A DNA stretch of 62,050 nt, filler included. It is 8 parts of 8 records of this genome, joined end to end, with 100 filler letters (N's around TTAATTAATTAA, not from the genome) between each part and the next. Parts side by side here need not be neighbours in the genome. Positions count along the whole stretch, not along the records: positions 26,058 to 31,387 come from SRR31147125_36111; positions 31,488 to 38,014 come from SRR31147125_36124; positions 38,115 to 49,405 come from SRR31147125_36126; 5 more parts are not named here. One strand, given 5' to 3'. The notes under the pieces were generated by a model, which saw only the letters and a list, made by a program, of their open reading frames with translations, did no database searches and was not told the DNA's origin. This document shows positions 30,488-42,970 of this stretch, piece after piece (the first letter of the stretch is position 1; every line of letters begins with the position of its first letter). Both the position numbers and the translations under genes were made by a program.

Positions 30488-31189
30488 ATGAGATTAATAG
30501 TATTAACAATATTTTGTCTGCTGTTTTCAATTTGTGCAAAAGCCCAACAACCTCTATTTAAATTTGGCGAGGTGGTTAGTTGGAATAAAGTAGTTGACGG
30601 CGAAAAAGCTAAAGGCGAAAAAATACAGTGGATTCAGGTAAATACAAAAACAGAAACCTGGGCAAAAAAAGGCGATGAGTTGGTTTGTAAGGGGCTGCCC
30701 ATTGGCGTTATTCGTTCAGAAAAAAAGTACCGGAATTTTATGATGCACATTGAATGGAAACACATGGAAGCCGGTGGAAACTCGGGGACTTTTGTGTGGA
30801 GCGATGCTGAAACTACGGAAGAAAAACCTTTGCCGAACGGAGTGGAAGTACAAATGCTGGAACTCGGCTGGGTAAAATTGAATAAACGCGATGGGAAAGA
30901 ACCTCCGGTTGCTTATGTACACGGCGAACTTTTTGGCGTTGGCGGCACCGAAACTGTACCAGATAATCCACGCGGACGAAGAAGCAAGTCGGTTGAAAAT
31001 CGCTGTAAAGGGAAAGGACAATGGAACGTGTACGATGTGGTTTGCGTTGATGGAACCGTGAAACTTTCGGTAAACGGTAAATTTGTTAACGGAATCAGCC
31101 AATCAACAAAAAAAGAAGGTTATATCTGTTTGGAATCGGAAGGCGCTGAAATTCATTTTCGGAATCTGAAGATTGTGGAGCTGCCGTAA
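30488..31189 (+). CDS. DUF1080 (3-keto-glycoside hydrolase/hydratase-like) secreted protein
   Basis: Signal peptide, GNSG, EVQMLE, GQWN, GYICLESEGAEIHFRNLKI. Confidence 0.88.
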   Translation: MRLIVLTIFCLLFSICAKAQQPLFKFGEVVSWNKVVDGEKAKGEKIQWIQVNTKTETWAKKGDELVCKGLPIGVIRSEKKYRNFMMHIEWKHMEAGGNSGTFVWSDAETTEEKPLPNGVEVQMLELGWVKLNKRDGKEPPVAYVHGELFGVGGTETVPDNPRGRRSKSVENRCKGKGQWNVYDVVCVDGTVKLSVNGKFVNGISQSTKKEGYICLESEGAEIHFRNLKIVELP

Positions 31190-31267
31190 AAGAAAGTTGT
31201 TTTTGATAGAGAAAGACCGGGGCTGTATATTTTATATATATATGAATACCCGTTTGTTTACCTAGCT

Positions 31268-31387
31268 CCCTACCCCTCTGCCTATTGGCATCTCCCCTTA
31301 CGAAGGGGAGAATACTCGCAGTTATTGCAGTGGTATTTTCAAGCTTTTCAGCGACGTATATTCAGCGCTTCTTCCCCTCTGTGAGGG
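31268..31387. repeat. GC-rich palindromic extragenic repeat at contig end
   Basis: TGCC-TATT-GGCA, TCTCCCCTT-ACG-AAGGGGAGA, and a truncated CCCCTCTGTGAGGG at the break. Confidence 0.55.
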
Positions 31388-31487
31388 NNNNNNNNNNNNN
31401 NNNNNNNNNNNNNNNNNNNNNNNNNNNNNNNTTAATTAATTAANNNNNNNNNNNNNNNNNNNNNNNNNNNNNNNNNNNNNNNNNNNN
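31388..31487. other. Artificial contig spacer
   Basis: N44-TTAATTAATTAA-N44. Confidence 0.99.
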
Positions 31488-31629
31488 CTGTAACGGTTCA
31501 TAATGGACAATTTAAAGATATTTTTAAACCTTTGGATATTCATATTTATAAATTAAATTAGCAGGTTCACAGTTTACTAATTCAACAAAATTTATAACAA
31601 AATTCCAAGTATAAAATTTGGAGCGAGAT

Positions 31630-32901
31630 ATGTCATTAAAATCATCATCTACAAGGCGAAATTTTCTAAAAAATACACTCGCGGCAGCGGCAACGATTAC
31701 CATTGCACCCCGCCATGTATTGGGTGGGCCTGGCTATACAGCTCCCAGTGATCAATTGACAAAAGCGGTCATTGGTGTCGGAGGCATGGGTAAAGGACAT
31801 TTAAAATATGCCGGAGCCAAATTATTGGCTGTCTGTGACGTGGATCAACAGCACCTTGATACAGCACTCAAGTTATCCGGTGAGGGTGTCAAGGGATACC
31901 GGGATTTTCGGGAAGTTTTGGATCGCCCGGATATCGACATTGTCCATATTGCCACACCACCTCAATGGCACGCGCTCATGTCCATTGCCGCGGCAGAGGC
32001 TGGTAAAGATATCTGGTGTGAAAAACCAATGACACGCACGATCGCTGAAGGACAGAAAGTCATTGAAGCTGTGCAAAAAAATGGCCGCATGTTTCGCATT
32101 AATACCTGGTTCCGTTTCAAGGATGGCTTTTATGGATTTGGCACAACCGTCAAACCCGTCCGTAAAGTCGTACAAAGTGGTCTTTTAGGATGGCCGCTGA
32201 AACTTACCATCAATGCCACAACAGGATTTAACTGGAAATTTTACTGGAGCGGTAAAACAGATCTGAAACCCATGCCTGTGCCCGAGCATCTGGACTATAA
32301 TATGTGGCTTGGACCGGCTCCCTACAAACCTTATCATCCGCACCGTGTTCATGGGACCTTTCGTGGGTATTGGGATTATGATGGTGGTGGCCTTGGTGAT
32401 ATGGGTCAACACTATCTGGATCCGGCACAATATATTCTTGGTAAAGATAATACCAGTCCGGTTGAAATAAATATTGATTCTCCGCAGCAACACCCGGATG
32501 CCGTGGGATCCTGGCGTCGTATTAGCTTAAAGTACGCGGATGGCTGCGAAATTATACTGGATGGTGAAAACAAAGACACTGATGCCGCGTTTATTGAAGG
32601 TCCTGAAGGCAAATTATACAAGGGTTTTAAATCAGACATTCCAAACTTAAAGGAAAAACTCGCAGCCTTTCCGGATCCGGAACCACAAATGACCGATTTT
32701 ATCCAGGCTGTTAAAACACGGCAAAAATTTGCATTAAACGAAGAAAACGCTCATCGTTCATGTACACTTGTTAACCTGGGTAAAGTTGCCTTACGTTTGG
32801 GAAGAAAACTACAGTTTGACCCGATCAAACAACGTTTTATAAATGACGAAGAAGCCAATCGTCTGATTAATCAACCGATGCGTGCCCCATGGCACCTTTA
32901 A
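31630..32901 (+). CDS. Tat-exported Gfo/Idh/MocA oxidoreductase
   Basis: TRRNFLK, IGVGGMG, IATPPQWH, CEKP, WLGPAP, DMGQH. Confidence 0.92.
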   Translation: MSLKSSSTRRNFLKNTLAAAATITIAPRHVLGGPGYTAPSDQLTKAVIGVGGMGKGHLKYAGAKLLAVCDVDQQHLDTALKLSGEGVKGYRDFREVLDRPDIDIVHIATPPQWHALMSIAAAEAGKDIWCEKPMTRTIAEGQKVIEAVQKNGRMFRINTWFRFKDGFYGFGTTVKPVRKVVQSGLLGWPLKLTINATTGFNWKFYWSGKTDLKPMPVPEHLDYNMWLGPAPYKPYHPHRVHGTFRGYWDYDGGGLGDMGQHYLDPAQYILGKDNTSPVEINIDSPQQHPDAVGSWRRISLKYADGCEIILDGENKDTDAAFIEGPEGKLYKGFKSDIPNLKEKLAAFPDPEPQMTDFIQAVKTRQKFALNEENAHRSCTLVNLGKVALRLGRKLQFDPIKQRFINDEEANRLINQPMRAPWHL

Positions 32902-32957
32902 TAAATATAATAAAGGCCAATTTTTTGCACATAATTTATAATTGGAGATAAAAAAGT

Positions 32958-35900
32958 ATGAAGCGTTTTATAAATATCACCTGGATTTTGCTTTATGCGA
33001 TGCTCTCTTTCGCACCTTTGGCGAAAGGCGCAGAAGATACCAGATTATTAGAAACAAAAGTAGTTGATCTGCTTGCTAAAATGCCAGCGGATAACCTTGT
33101 TGCATTGGAAAAAATAAATTCCGAATTTATTCAACTAGGCTCTAAAGGTATCCTTCAAATCTGTGATCTGCTTGTTCCACCGGGAACCAGTGATGACGCA
33201 AACGTCAGATACGCATTAAGCGGTCTGGCAAAATATGTGGGCCGCCAGAATGCGGAAAAAGAACGAAAAATGCTTTCCAAAGTCTTTTTACAGTCCTTGT
33301 CACAGGCTTCAGATAACGAGGTAAAAGCTTTTTTGATTCGACAGCTCCAACTCGTCGGCAAAAAAGAAGCTGTAAAACCTCTGGTTGCCTATTTGACAGA
33401 TGAACGTCTATATGAACCGGCAACACAGGCTCTGTTAGCCATTCGGACCAAAGGCATTGATAAAGCATTTCTAAAAGCCCTTCCAGCCGTAAAAGGATCG
33501 AATCAGGTCACCATTATCAAAGCACTTGGAGAGCTACGATATAAAAAAGCAACAAAACAATTGCTCGAGTATGCAGCTTCGGAAGACACGGATACGCGTC
33601 GAGTGGCGTTACATGCACTCGCTAATATTGGTTCAAAAGAAGCGGGGAGTGTTCTGGCGTCATCCATGGAATCTGCCACAGCCTTTGAAAGGGCTCACTT
33701 TAGCTCTTTATATCTTTTATACGCACAACGACGCGCCGAATCCGGCAAAAGAGGAATGTATTTCGATTTGCCGGGATTTGCTCAACAATCAACCCGAAAA
33801 GGCAAAAAAGAATGTCCAGTGTGCTGCCCTGAGCCTGTTAACGGATGTAACAGGTGTAAAAGCATTAAACGATCTTTTGGCTGCTATGGATAGTAAAAAC
33901 CAGGAATTACAGGGCACAGCATTACAGCTTGCAGATAGAATTCCCGGCAAAAACGCAACATCGCAATGGGTCGCTAAAATGCAAAAAGTACCCACTCAGA
34001 CCCGGGCAAGCATTATTGCTATGTTGGGACGCCGTGGAGACAAATCCGCACTACCTGAGCTATTGCAAGCAACCACAGACAGAAATAAAACCGCAAAATT
34101 GACAGCTATCTCTGCAGCTGCTCAACTGGGTTATAATGAAGCTCTGCAAACATTATTGGATATCATGAAAACCGGTTGGCAGGATGAAGTAGACATCGTT
34201 AAAGAGTCTATTCTGAGCTATACAGACAGTAAGGTTTTACCAACTCTGGCAAACAACATATCGGATATGCCGGATGTGTCTCGCATCGCTCTATTGGAGA
34301 TTCTCGCAGCCCGTCAGGCAAAAGCTCATTTAAATGTCGTAATAAATCAGGCTCGCGGTACAAACGGACCGGTAAGCCTGGCAGCCATGTCAGCTCTTGA
34401 AAACATGGTATCTGCAAAAGATCTGCCGGTATTGATTGACCTGTTAACAAACGCAAAAAGTGAACAGGAAATTCAAGCCGCTCAAAACGCTATTGTTGCA
34501 AGTGCGAATCAAATTGAAAATCCGGAAAAACGGGCGGATTTACTTTTACAAGCTCTTCCCAATACTGCAGAAGACATGAAAGGGTATCTGTTGCTGCCTA
34601 TGGCTCGTATTGGTGGAGATAAAGCCCTGCAAACAGTCGTTAAAGCAAGCAAAAGTAGTGACCCTGAGCTCAAAAGTACGGCTGTTTGGACAATGGCCAA
34701 TTGGTGTGATATCACTGCAGCAGATGAATTATTAAAACTTGCTCAAAATAAAGAATATGCCAGCTATCAGTCTATGGTAACCAATGGTTATATCCAACTC
34801 GTTCGTAAAGCAGAACTGCAGCCTGCACAGAAATTCAGCATGTTGAAAGAAGCGATGTTTATCGCAAAAACAAAAGAACAAAAACAACGTGTTCTGGAAG
34901 TCCTGGCTACGGTTCGAACAGTTGAATCTTTGCTTTTTGTTGCTCCTTATTTGGAGGACGAAACCTTACAAGAAGACGCATCTAAAGCCGCAGTGGACAT
35001 TGCCTGCCCGCAATATGGATCCGACAAAGGGCTTGTCAGTACCAATGTAAGTACGGTCTTGAAAAAGGTGATTACGGTTATTAAGGACCCCTATTTGAAA
35101 AAACAAGCGGAACAGCACATCGATACAATCGCCAGCACACCCGGCATTTCCGGGGGATTAAATCAGCCACCGGCCGGATTTGTAGCATTGTTTAACGGCG
35201 TCGATCTGACAGGCTGGAAAGGCCTGGCTGGTGAAGGCGGTAATCCTATTTCCCGTGCGAATATGACTCCTGCTGAACTGGCTCTGGCACAAGTCGAGGC
35301 GGATTCCGTCATGCGTGCAAACTGGAAAGTTAAAGATGGTGAATTAATTTTTAGCGGTCATGGAAAAAGCCTCTGTACCAGTCGCGATTACGGTGATTTT
35401 GAAATGTATGTTGACTGGAAGATAGAAAAAGGTGGCGACAGTGGTATTTATCTACGCGGCGCACCTCAGGTTCAGATATGGGATACAGCTCAATGGCCGG
35501 AAGGATCTGGTGGACTTTATAATAACAAAAAGAATCCCAGCAAACCCCTTACATGCGCGGATAATCCCATTGGTGAGTGGAATACATTCCGAATCAAAAT
35601 GGTGGGTGAACGTGTAACAGTCTATCTTAACGATAAACTGGTTGTCGATGATGTGGTTATGGAGAATTACTGGGATCGCAATCAACCCATCTTTCCCACA
35701 GGTCAGATTGAACTCCAGAGCCACGGCTCAACTCTTTATTTCCGTAATGTATTTATCCGCGAAATCCCACGCAAAGGTGAATGGCGTTCCCTGTTCAATG
35801 GTGTCAATCTTGAAGGCTGGACTGGCGCAACCGATGGTTATTATGTGGAAGACGGAAAAATCATTTGTCCGAAAGATAAAGACCGTGGTGGCAATCTTTT

Positions 35901-36354
35901 CACTGAAGAAGAATTCAGTGATTTTATTCTCCGTTTTGAGTTTAAACTCACTCCCGGAGCCAACAATGGTTTGGGAATCAGGGCGCCTTTGCAGGGTGAT
36001 GCCGCCTATGTGGGTATGGAATTACAGGTTCTGGACAATACAGCCCATATTTATAAAGATTTAAAACCCTGGCAGTATCATGGTTCCGTGTATGGTATCG
36101 CACCGGCAAAACGGGGTTTTCTGAAACCTGTAGGTGAATGGAATTACGAAGAAGTCATCGCCAATGGGCGTCAGATTACAGTCAAGCTCAATGGTACGAC
36201 CATTGTCGACGCTGATATTGACAAAGCCAGCACACCTCAACCTCTGGATGGGAAAAAACATCCGGGTGTTAAACGGGATAAAGGCCATATCGGTTTTCTC
36301 GGTCATGGTGCTCATGTAGAATTTCGCAATATCCAAATTAAGGAAATTGACTAG
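32958..36354 (+). CDS. HEAT-repeat protein with two C-terminal DUF1080 domains; one frameshift near 33750
   Basis: Signal peptide, many HEAT-like repeats, two LFNGxxLxGW...GxIxxxxH DUF1080 units. ORFs 32958-33893 and 33526-36354 cross at the A4 run 33747-33750. Confidence 0.85.
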
Positions 36355-36363
36355 AATATAAAT

Positions 36364-36430
36364 AAAACTGTACCAATTTTCATTTTAACCAGGTATGATT
36401 TCTTGGTTAAATGTTAATTGGTACAGTTTT
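36364..36430. terminator. Long hairpin, probable intrinsic terminator
   Basis: AAAACTGTACCAATT ... AATTGGTACAGTTTT with inner TTAACCAGG/CTTGGTTAA, 10 bp after the stop. Confidence 0.7.
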
Positions 36431-36550
36431 TTACAGGCATGAATGAAAATTTGAAATACTCTCTCCTATTTGTATAACATTCATATGATCTTCAAGCCGA
36501 TAAAATAATCTCTCTGCCCTTATAAACAGTTTACTTTTGATCAATTTCAG

Positions 36551-38014
<1,464 letters not shown>

Positions 38015-38114
38015 NNNNNNNNNNNNNNNNNNNNNNNNNNNNNNNNNNNNNNNNNNNNTTAATTAATTAANNNNNNNNNNNNNNNNNNNNNNNNNNNNNN
38101 NNNNNNNNNNNNNN
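38015..38114. other. Artificial contig spacer
   Basis: N44-TTAATTAATTAA-N44. Confidence 0.99.
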
Positions 38115-38753
38115 GCCCATCTCTTTTCCGGCATCGATACCAAAGCTGAAAAAAGCACTTAATATTCCTGAGATAACGGCAATAATTAAACCTGTTGTCA
38201 ATTTAAATTCGCTGTTTACCCCCTCGTTAGTTTTGGCAATTTCCTTGTCTTTCATCAGGCCTGCTTTACCACATAAAACAATCCCAACCATAAGTACCAA
38301 TATTCCGAATAAAATTATTTGTCCACTTGTGGTTGCAAGCATATCGGTAAACGAATCTCCGGCAGGTAAAATTTCACCCAGGTTGCCAATGTTGCGAAGA
38401 ATGGGTAAACCTAAAGCTCCAACTAAAGAGGTAATTCCGAGCAATACCGAATTACCCAGTGACATTCCCAAATAACGAATTCCCAAACCATAAGTTAGTC
38501 CGCCAATACCCCACAATACGCCAAGTATATACGTAAGACGAATGGTTGATGAATCGGTAGCCGATAAAATATCTTGCCACCCCGGAGAGGTTAATACCGT
38601 TGCTATATACGGCATAATTAACCACGAAAAGAGACCACCTATTATCCAGTATATCTCCCAACGCCACTTCCTTACAAGATTATAGGGCATGTACCAACTT
38701 CCTGAAGAGGCACCACCTAAAGAGTGAAAGAGAATTCCTAATAAAGCTTGCAT
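38115..38753 (-). CDS. rhaT: L-rhamnose/proton symporter RhaT family (3'-truncated)
   Basis: GILFHSLGG..SGSWYMP, WRWEIYW, LWGIGGLTYGLGIRYLGMSLG. Confidence 0.88.
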
Positions 38754-38873
38754 AATAATTTGTTTTAGTTTCTAAAAGTTTGTTATCGATTTAATACAGG
38801 TTCAAAAATATCTGCTTTATTTCCTTTATGCAATACAAAAACTGGCAAAAATTTTATATATTTTGACACTAAT

Positions 38874-39749
38874 ATGAAAAAAGACTATTTCAAGTATTTA
38901 ACTACTGCAGAAGAAGATATTAATTGGGGATTATATTTAAATGTTGCCGGCACCGCAAGAATATCTCCAAAAACAGTTTACCCGCCTAAAGAGCACCCTT
39001 CTGAGTATTTTTTCAACTGGGAAAACGGTCGGCTTTTACAGGAATATCAGCTTAACTATATAACGGATGGGACTGGAATATATGAAAATAAGCATGGAAA
39101 ATTTCAGGTAAAACCCGGAACTATAATACTGGTATTTCCAAACGAATGGCACCGTTACAGGCCAATTCGCACCACCGGATGGACAGAAAATTATATTGGA
39201 TTTAATGGTAGGATAGCTGATGAATTATTAAAAAACAAGATTTTTTCGCCTACTCAGCCTGTTATTCATTGTGGCATTAAAGAAGAAATAATTGACACCT
39301 ATTTAAAGATTTACGACCTTGTTGAAAAGGAACGCCCGGGATTTCAGCAAATTGCTTCGGGAATGGTGGTAAAACTGCTTGGGTATATCGTTTCGTTTGA
39401 AAAACGTAAAGGATTCTCGGGGAAATACATCGCGAAAGTAATTGAAGAGGTTCGATTTCAAATGCGTCAAAATATTGAGATGGAATTTAATATGGAAGAA
39501 TTGGCAAAACAACACAATGTTGGTTATTCATATTTTCGAAAAATGTTTAAAAAATATACGGGTGTTTCTCCGGCACAATATCACCTTCAGTTGCGAATTA
39601 TAAGGGCCAAAGAGTTATTAGCATCTACGGAAAAATCAATTACGGAAATTGCTTTTCAGCTCGGATTTCAGAATATATATCATTTTAGTTTACTCTTTAA
39701 AAAGAAAACAGGAATGAGTCCTTCTGAGTTTCGAAAAGGGCTTAATTAA
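38874..39749 (+). CDS. AraC-family regulator (YP..HP..YFF.W..GR.L subtype)
   Basis: Cupin N-domain plus double HTH (YSYFRKMFKKYTGVSP; IAFQLGF..YHFSLLFKKKTGMSP). Confidence 0.93.
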   Translation: MKKDYFKYLTTAEEDINWGLYLNVAGTARISPKTVYPPKEHPSEYFFNWENGRLLQEYQLNYITDGTGIYENKHGKFQVKPGTIILVFPNEWHRYRPIRTTGWTENYIGFNGRIADELLKNKIFSPTQPVIHCGIKEEIIDTYLKIYDLVEKERPGFQQIASGMVVKLLGYIVSFEKRKGFSGKYIAKVIEEVRFQMRQNIEMEFNMEELAKQHNVGYSYFRKMFKKYTGVSPAQYHLQLRIIRAKELLASTEKSITEIAFQLGFQNIYHFSLLFKKKTGMSPSEFRKGLN

Positions 39750-39783
39750 TTAAAATTCAGCAAATTCCAAAAGCTCCTCAATT

Positions 39784-41315
39784 TTATTTATCGCGAGATA
39801 ATTTGAAATGTTTATCCGGTTTCAGGTTCGTAACCTGGCAGCTCATTGTACTTAATTTCGTCATCATTATTTCGGTCATTTCAGCTTTCTGCTGTTCAAT
39901 TTCTTCATTTCCATATAAATCATTCCATTCTTTGGGGTCTGTTTTCAAGTTGTAAAATTCGCCTCCCACAATATCTGCTTTTGTGTAGGTTGAAGCATCT
40001 TCTTTTCGGGCGAAACATAAAATCAACTTATGTTTCTCGGTACGTACCATAAACGAAGCTTCATCAGCTCGTTCGTGTAAAGCGCAAAACGATGCTTTGC
40101 GTGTTTCATTTTTATCTAAAAGATTTATACCAACGGCTTTCTCCGGCACTTCAATACCGGCGGCTTTTAATAAGGTAGGATAAACATCAGTTAACTGAGC
40201 CGGACGAGTATCTTCTTTTCCCTTCCATTCCTTTGGCAATGCCGAACCAGAAATGATTATTGGTACACGAACACTGGCATCGTACAAACAATATTTATTA
40301 AAACGGTAGTACCTTTCGCCCAACATTTCGCCATGGTCGGAAACATAAATTACAATTGAATTTTCTAACATGCCTTTTTCTTCCAGAGCTTTTAAAGCTC
40401 GTCCAAACATATCGTCAATCCAAGTGCAATTGGCGTAATATCGCATGGTCATTTCTTTCCATTGTTGCTCGCTTGCTTCTTTCCAGAATCCCTCGTACAA
40501 TTCGCGGCGGTTTACCCCTTCGGCGTGTGTCGAGTTGTCTTTCTCCCAGGGAGGCTGCTCGGCATACTTTGTTTCGTCCAAATTGTAATCATCTTCAAAA
40601 CCTTCAGGAACGTTATGACCTGCATGTGGTTTTAAAAACGATAAGTATAAAAAAAGTGGACGTTCGTCTTCCCTGCCCTTAATATAATCCAAACACTTTT
40701 CGGTAACCCAACCGTCGCGGTGGTCAACTTCGGGTAGTTTACTTGTTTCGCCAATATATCCCGATGGGTCTTCTTCGCCCGGACCATAACCAATCGTTTC
40801 ATCCAGATAGCGTTGTTTGGCTTCGGGATTTAAGTCTTTCATCATTATGGCTCCCTCTTCAAAACATTCGGCAATGTATCGTGTTTCAAATCCTCGTTTC
40901 GAAAAACGTCCTCCCCAATGTGTTTTCCCAAAACCAGCCGTTTCGTAACCGGCATCAGCAAATACCTGGGGAAGTGTTTTTGCAGGAAGCTTATCGTCGG
41001 GAATACCCCTTCCATTTCGCAGTACTCCGGTTTGGTTGGAGTATAAACTAAACATCATTGAGTTTCGGCTGGCAATACACATGGGAGCCTGGCAAACCGC
41101 CTGAGTAAAGCGTACTCCAGTTTTTGCCAACTCATCTAAATTGGGTGTTATCACTTCCTTTTTTCAATTCCCAGAGCATCCCAACGGTGTTGGTCGTCCA
41201 TTAAGAAAATTATGTTGGGGCGTTTATTCTCTGTTGAAGAACAGGAACAAAAAAGTATTAAAACTCCTATTATAAGGATACTCAAACTAGTTTTTTTATA
41301 GCCTCGTATAATCAT
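39784..41315 (-). CDS. S1 sulfatase, lipoprotein; one frameshift near 41160
   Basis: Upstream frame gives MIIRG...LFCSCSS...KRPNIIFLMDDQHRWDALG. A6 to A7 joins it to VITPNLD. CIASR, GKTHW, KPH, SDHG. Confidence 0.88.
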
Positions 41316-41404
41316 GCCAGTATTAATTTAGTTTTGCCAATTCTATTGTAAGCTTAAATTTGATTTTATTAGGTCTTAAAATTACAATATAGCCAAGTAT
41401 ATTT

Positions 41405-41437
41405 TTTTCAATATTGTTCTATTCTTTTCGATATTGT
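41405..41437. promoter_or_regulatory. Direct repeat, candidate AraC/HTCS operator upstream of the sulfatase
   Basis: TTTTCAATATTGT (41405) and TTTTCGATATTGT (41425): 12/13 identical, 20-bp period. Confidence 0.5.
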
Positions 41438-41536
41438 GCCATTCGATTGCTTTAATCACCGAGCATAGGGCAAAATTCTTCAAATTCACTGAAAAGGATA
41501 TCTATTTCAGCCAAACATTAAAAATACAATTCCCTT

Positions 41537-42949
41537 CTAACAAATCTGAACCACTTTAATTTGCATTAAGTGCCCCAATTTCTCAATCTTATCGGCAATA
41601 TGCCCAACGCCGATTGCACAGTGGTGTGCCGGTCCTTGTTTCGACCACTGATTCATAAATTCCTTAGCTCCGATTGAGAAACGGTAGCGGCTATTTGTGT
41701 TGCCAATTTGAAGAATTGGACCATCAACCGACTCGCCCTCGGCAACCAGTAAGAATACTTCGTTTTTTCCTTCAACTACAGAAAGTATAGTTACCGGACC
41801 ATGTTGTACTGTCATTTGTATGGATAAACCTTTGCCCGGTTTTCCATGATAAATAGGAAGTGGTACCAGTTGTACTTTTCCTTCGGCAATGGCAAAATGC
41901 GCAGGACCATCGTGCCCAAGCATTACAATGTCGTCGTTAAAATCCATGGCATAAAATTCAGAGAAAGAACCTCCTACCCCAAACGAATCCATTATTTTCA
42001 TGGCTTGTGCATTTTTTACTTCGCACTCGCCTGCCACCGGAATATTTTTTCCCGTAAGTAAAGTATTCCCGGCAATTACCGAGGTTACAATATTTTCGTA
42101 ATCGTTACCATTTTCGCCCTCGTAATAATAAGCCATTGAACCTAATTTGTGAGCTTCAACCAATTTGTCGAGTGCTACGGATGTTCGAGCTGCACGTACA
42201 ATTTCTTCCTGTTCGCAAGCTTCAACAACTTCAAATGTGCTGTGGAATTCTTTTATTTTTTCGTCCACTTCAGCATCGCTTGCTTCATCGCGGTATTTCT
42301 TCACTTCACACATTTCAAGCAGTTCGATGTGGGTACCAAAAGTTGCAGCCTGTTTGGTAAGGTCGGTATAAACATCTAACATTCCGCAGTAGTAATGACC
42401 CAAAACGCCTAAACGATTATTTCGCATTTTTGCGGCTACATTGGCAGCATCAATCCAGCCCTGAATATCGTCCCAAACAGCTTGCTCGCCCAAATAACCG
42501 GTTACAAACTCGTATCCAATTCCGGCGCGGTTAAATACGTTTGCAATTTCAGGAACCGAACACGCCTGACAATGTGCCAACCACTCGCCTGTCATTACAC
42601 CACGGTCGCCCAACTTGTTGAACTTTTCATAATCGATGGCTGCAACAGGTTGAATATTTAATATGATTATTGGGCAATTCAATTTTTGAGCCACCGGCAA
42701 AACGGTAGACGACAAGGCATACGTTGAAATGTACATGAAAACAATATCAACATCATTTTTCTTTAGGAAATCTCCAGCTTCTCTTGCCTTTTCAGGCGAA
42801 TCAACCAAACCGGCATCCACTACTTCGGCTCCAAATTCTTCTATCTTATCTGCAATTTGTTTTTGATAGCCTTTTAATCGGTCTAACAGTCCGTCAAACT
42901 GGTCCCAGTAAGTATCAAGTCCTATTCCGAATAGTCCTATTTTTGTCAT
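41537..42949 (-). CDS. L-fucose/L-arabinose isomerase family protein
   Basis: VAGECEVK, GGSFSEFY, LGHDGPAH, GPAHHCAIGVGH. Confidence 0.85.
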   Translation of the reverse strand: MTKIGLFGIGLDTYWDQFDGLLDRLKGYQKQIADKIEEFGAEVVDAGLVDSPEKAREAGDFLKKNDVDIVFMYISTYALSSTVLPVAQKLNCPIIILNIQPVAAIDYEKFNKLGDRGVMTGEWLAHCQACSVPEIANVFNRAGIGYEFVTGYLGEQAVWDDIQGWIDAANVAAKMRNNRLGVLGHYYCGMLDVYTDLTKQAATFGTHIELLEMCEVKKYRDEASDAEVDEKIKEFHSTFEVVEACEQEEIVRAARTSVALDKLVEAHKLGSMAYYYEGENGNDYENIVTSVIAGNTLLTGKNIPVAGECEVKNAQAMKIMDSFGVGGSFSEFYAMDFNDDIVMLGHDGPAHFAIAEGKVQLVPLPIYHGKPGKGLSIQMTVQHGPVTILSVVEGKNEVFLLVAEGESVDGPILQIGNTNSRYRFSIGAKEFMNQWSKQGPAHHCAIGVGHIADKIEKLGHLMQIKVVQIC

Positions 42950-42970
42950 TTCTAAAATTTTTCTTTGTTT

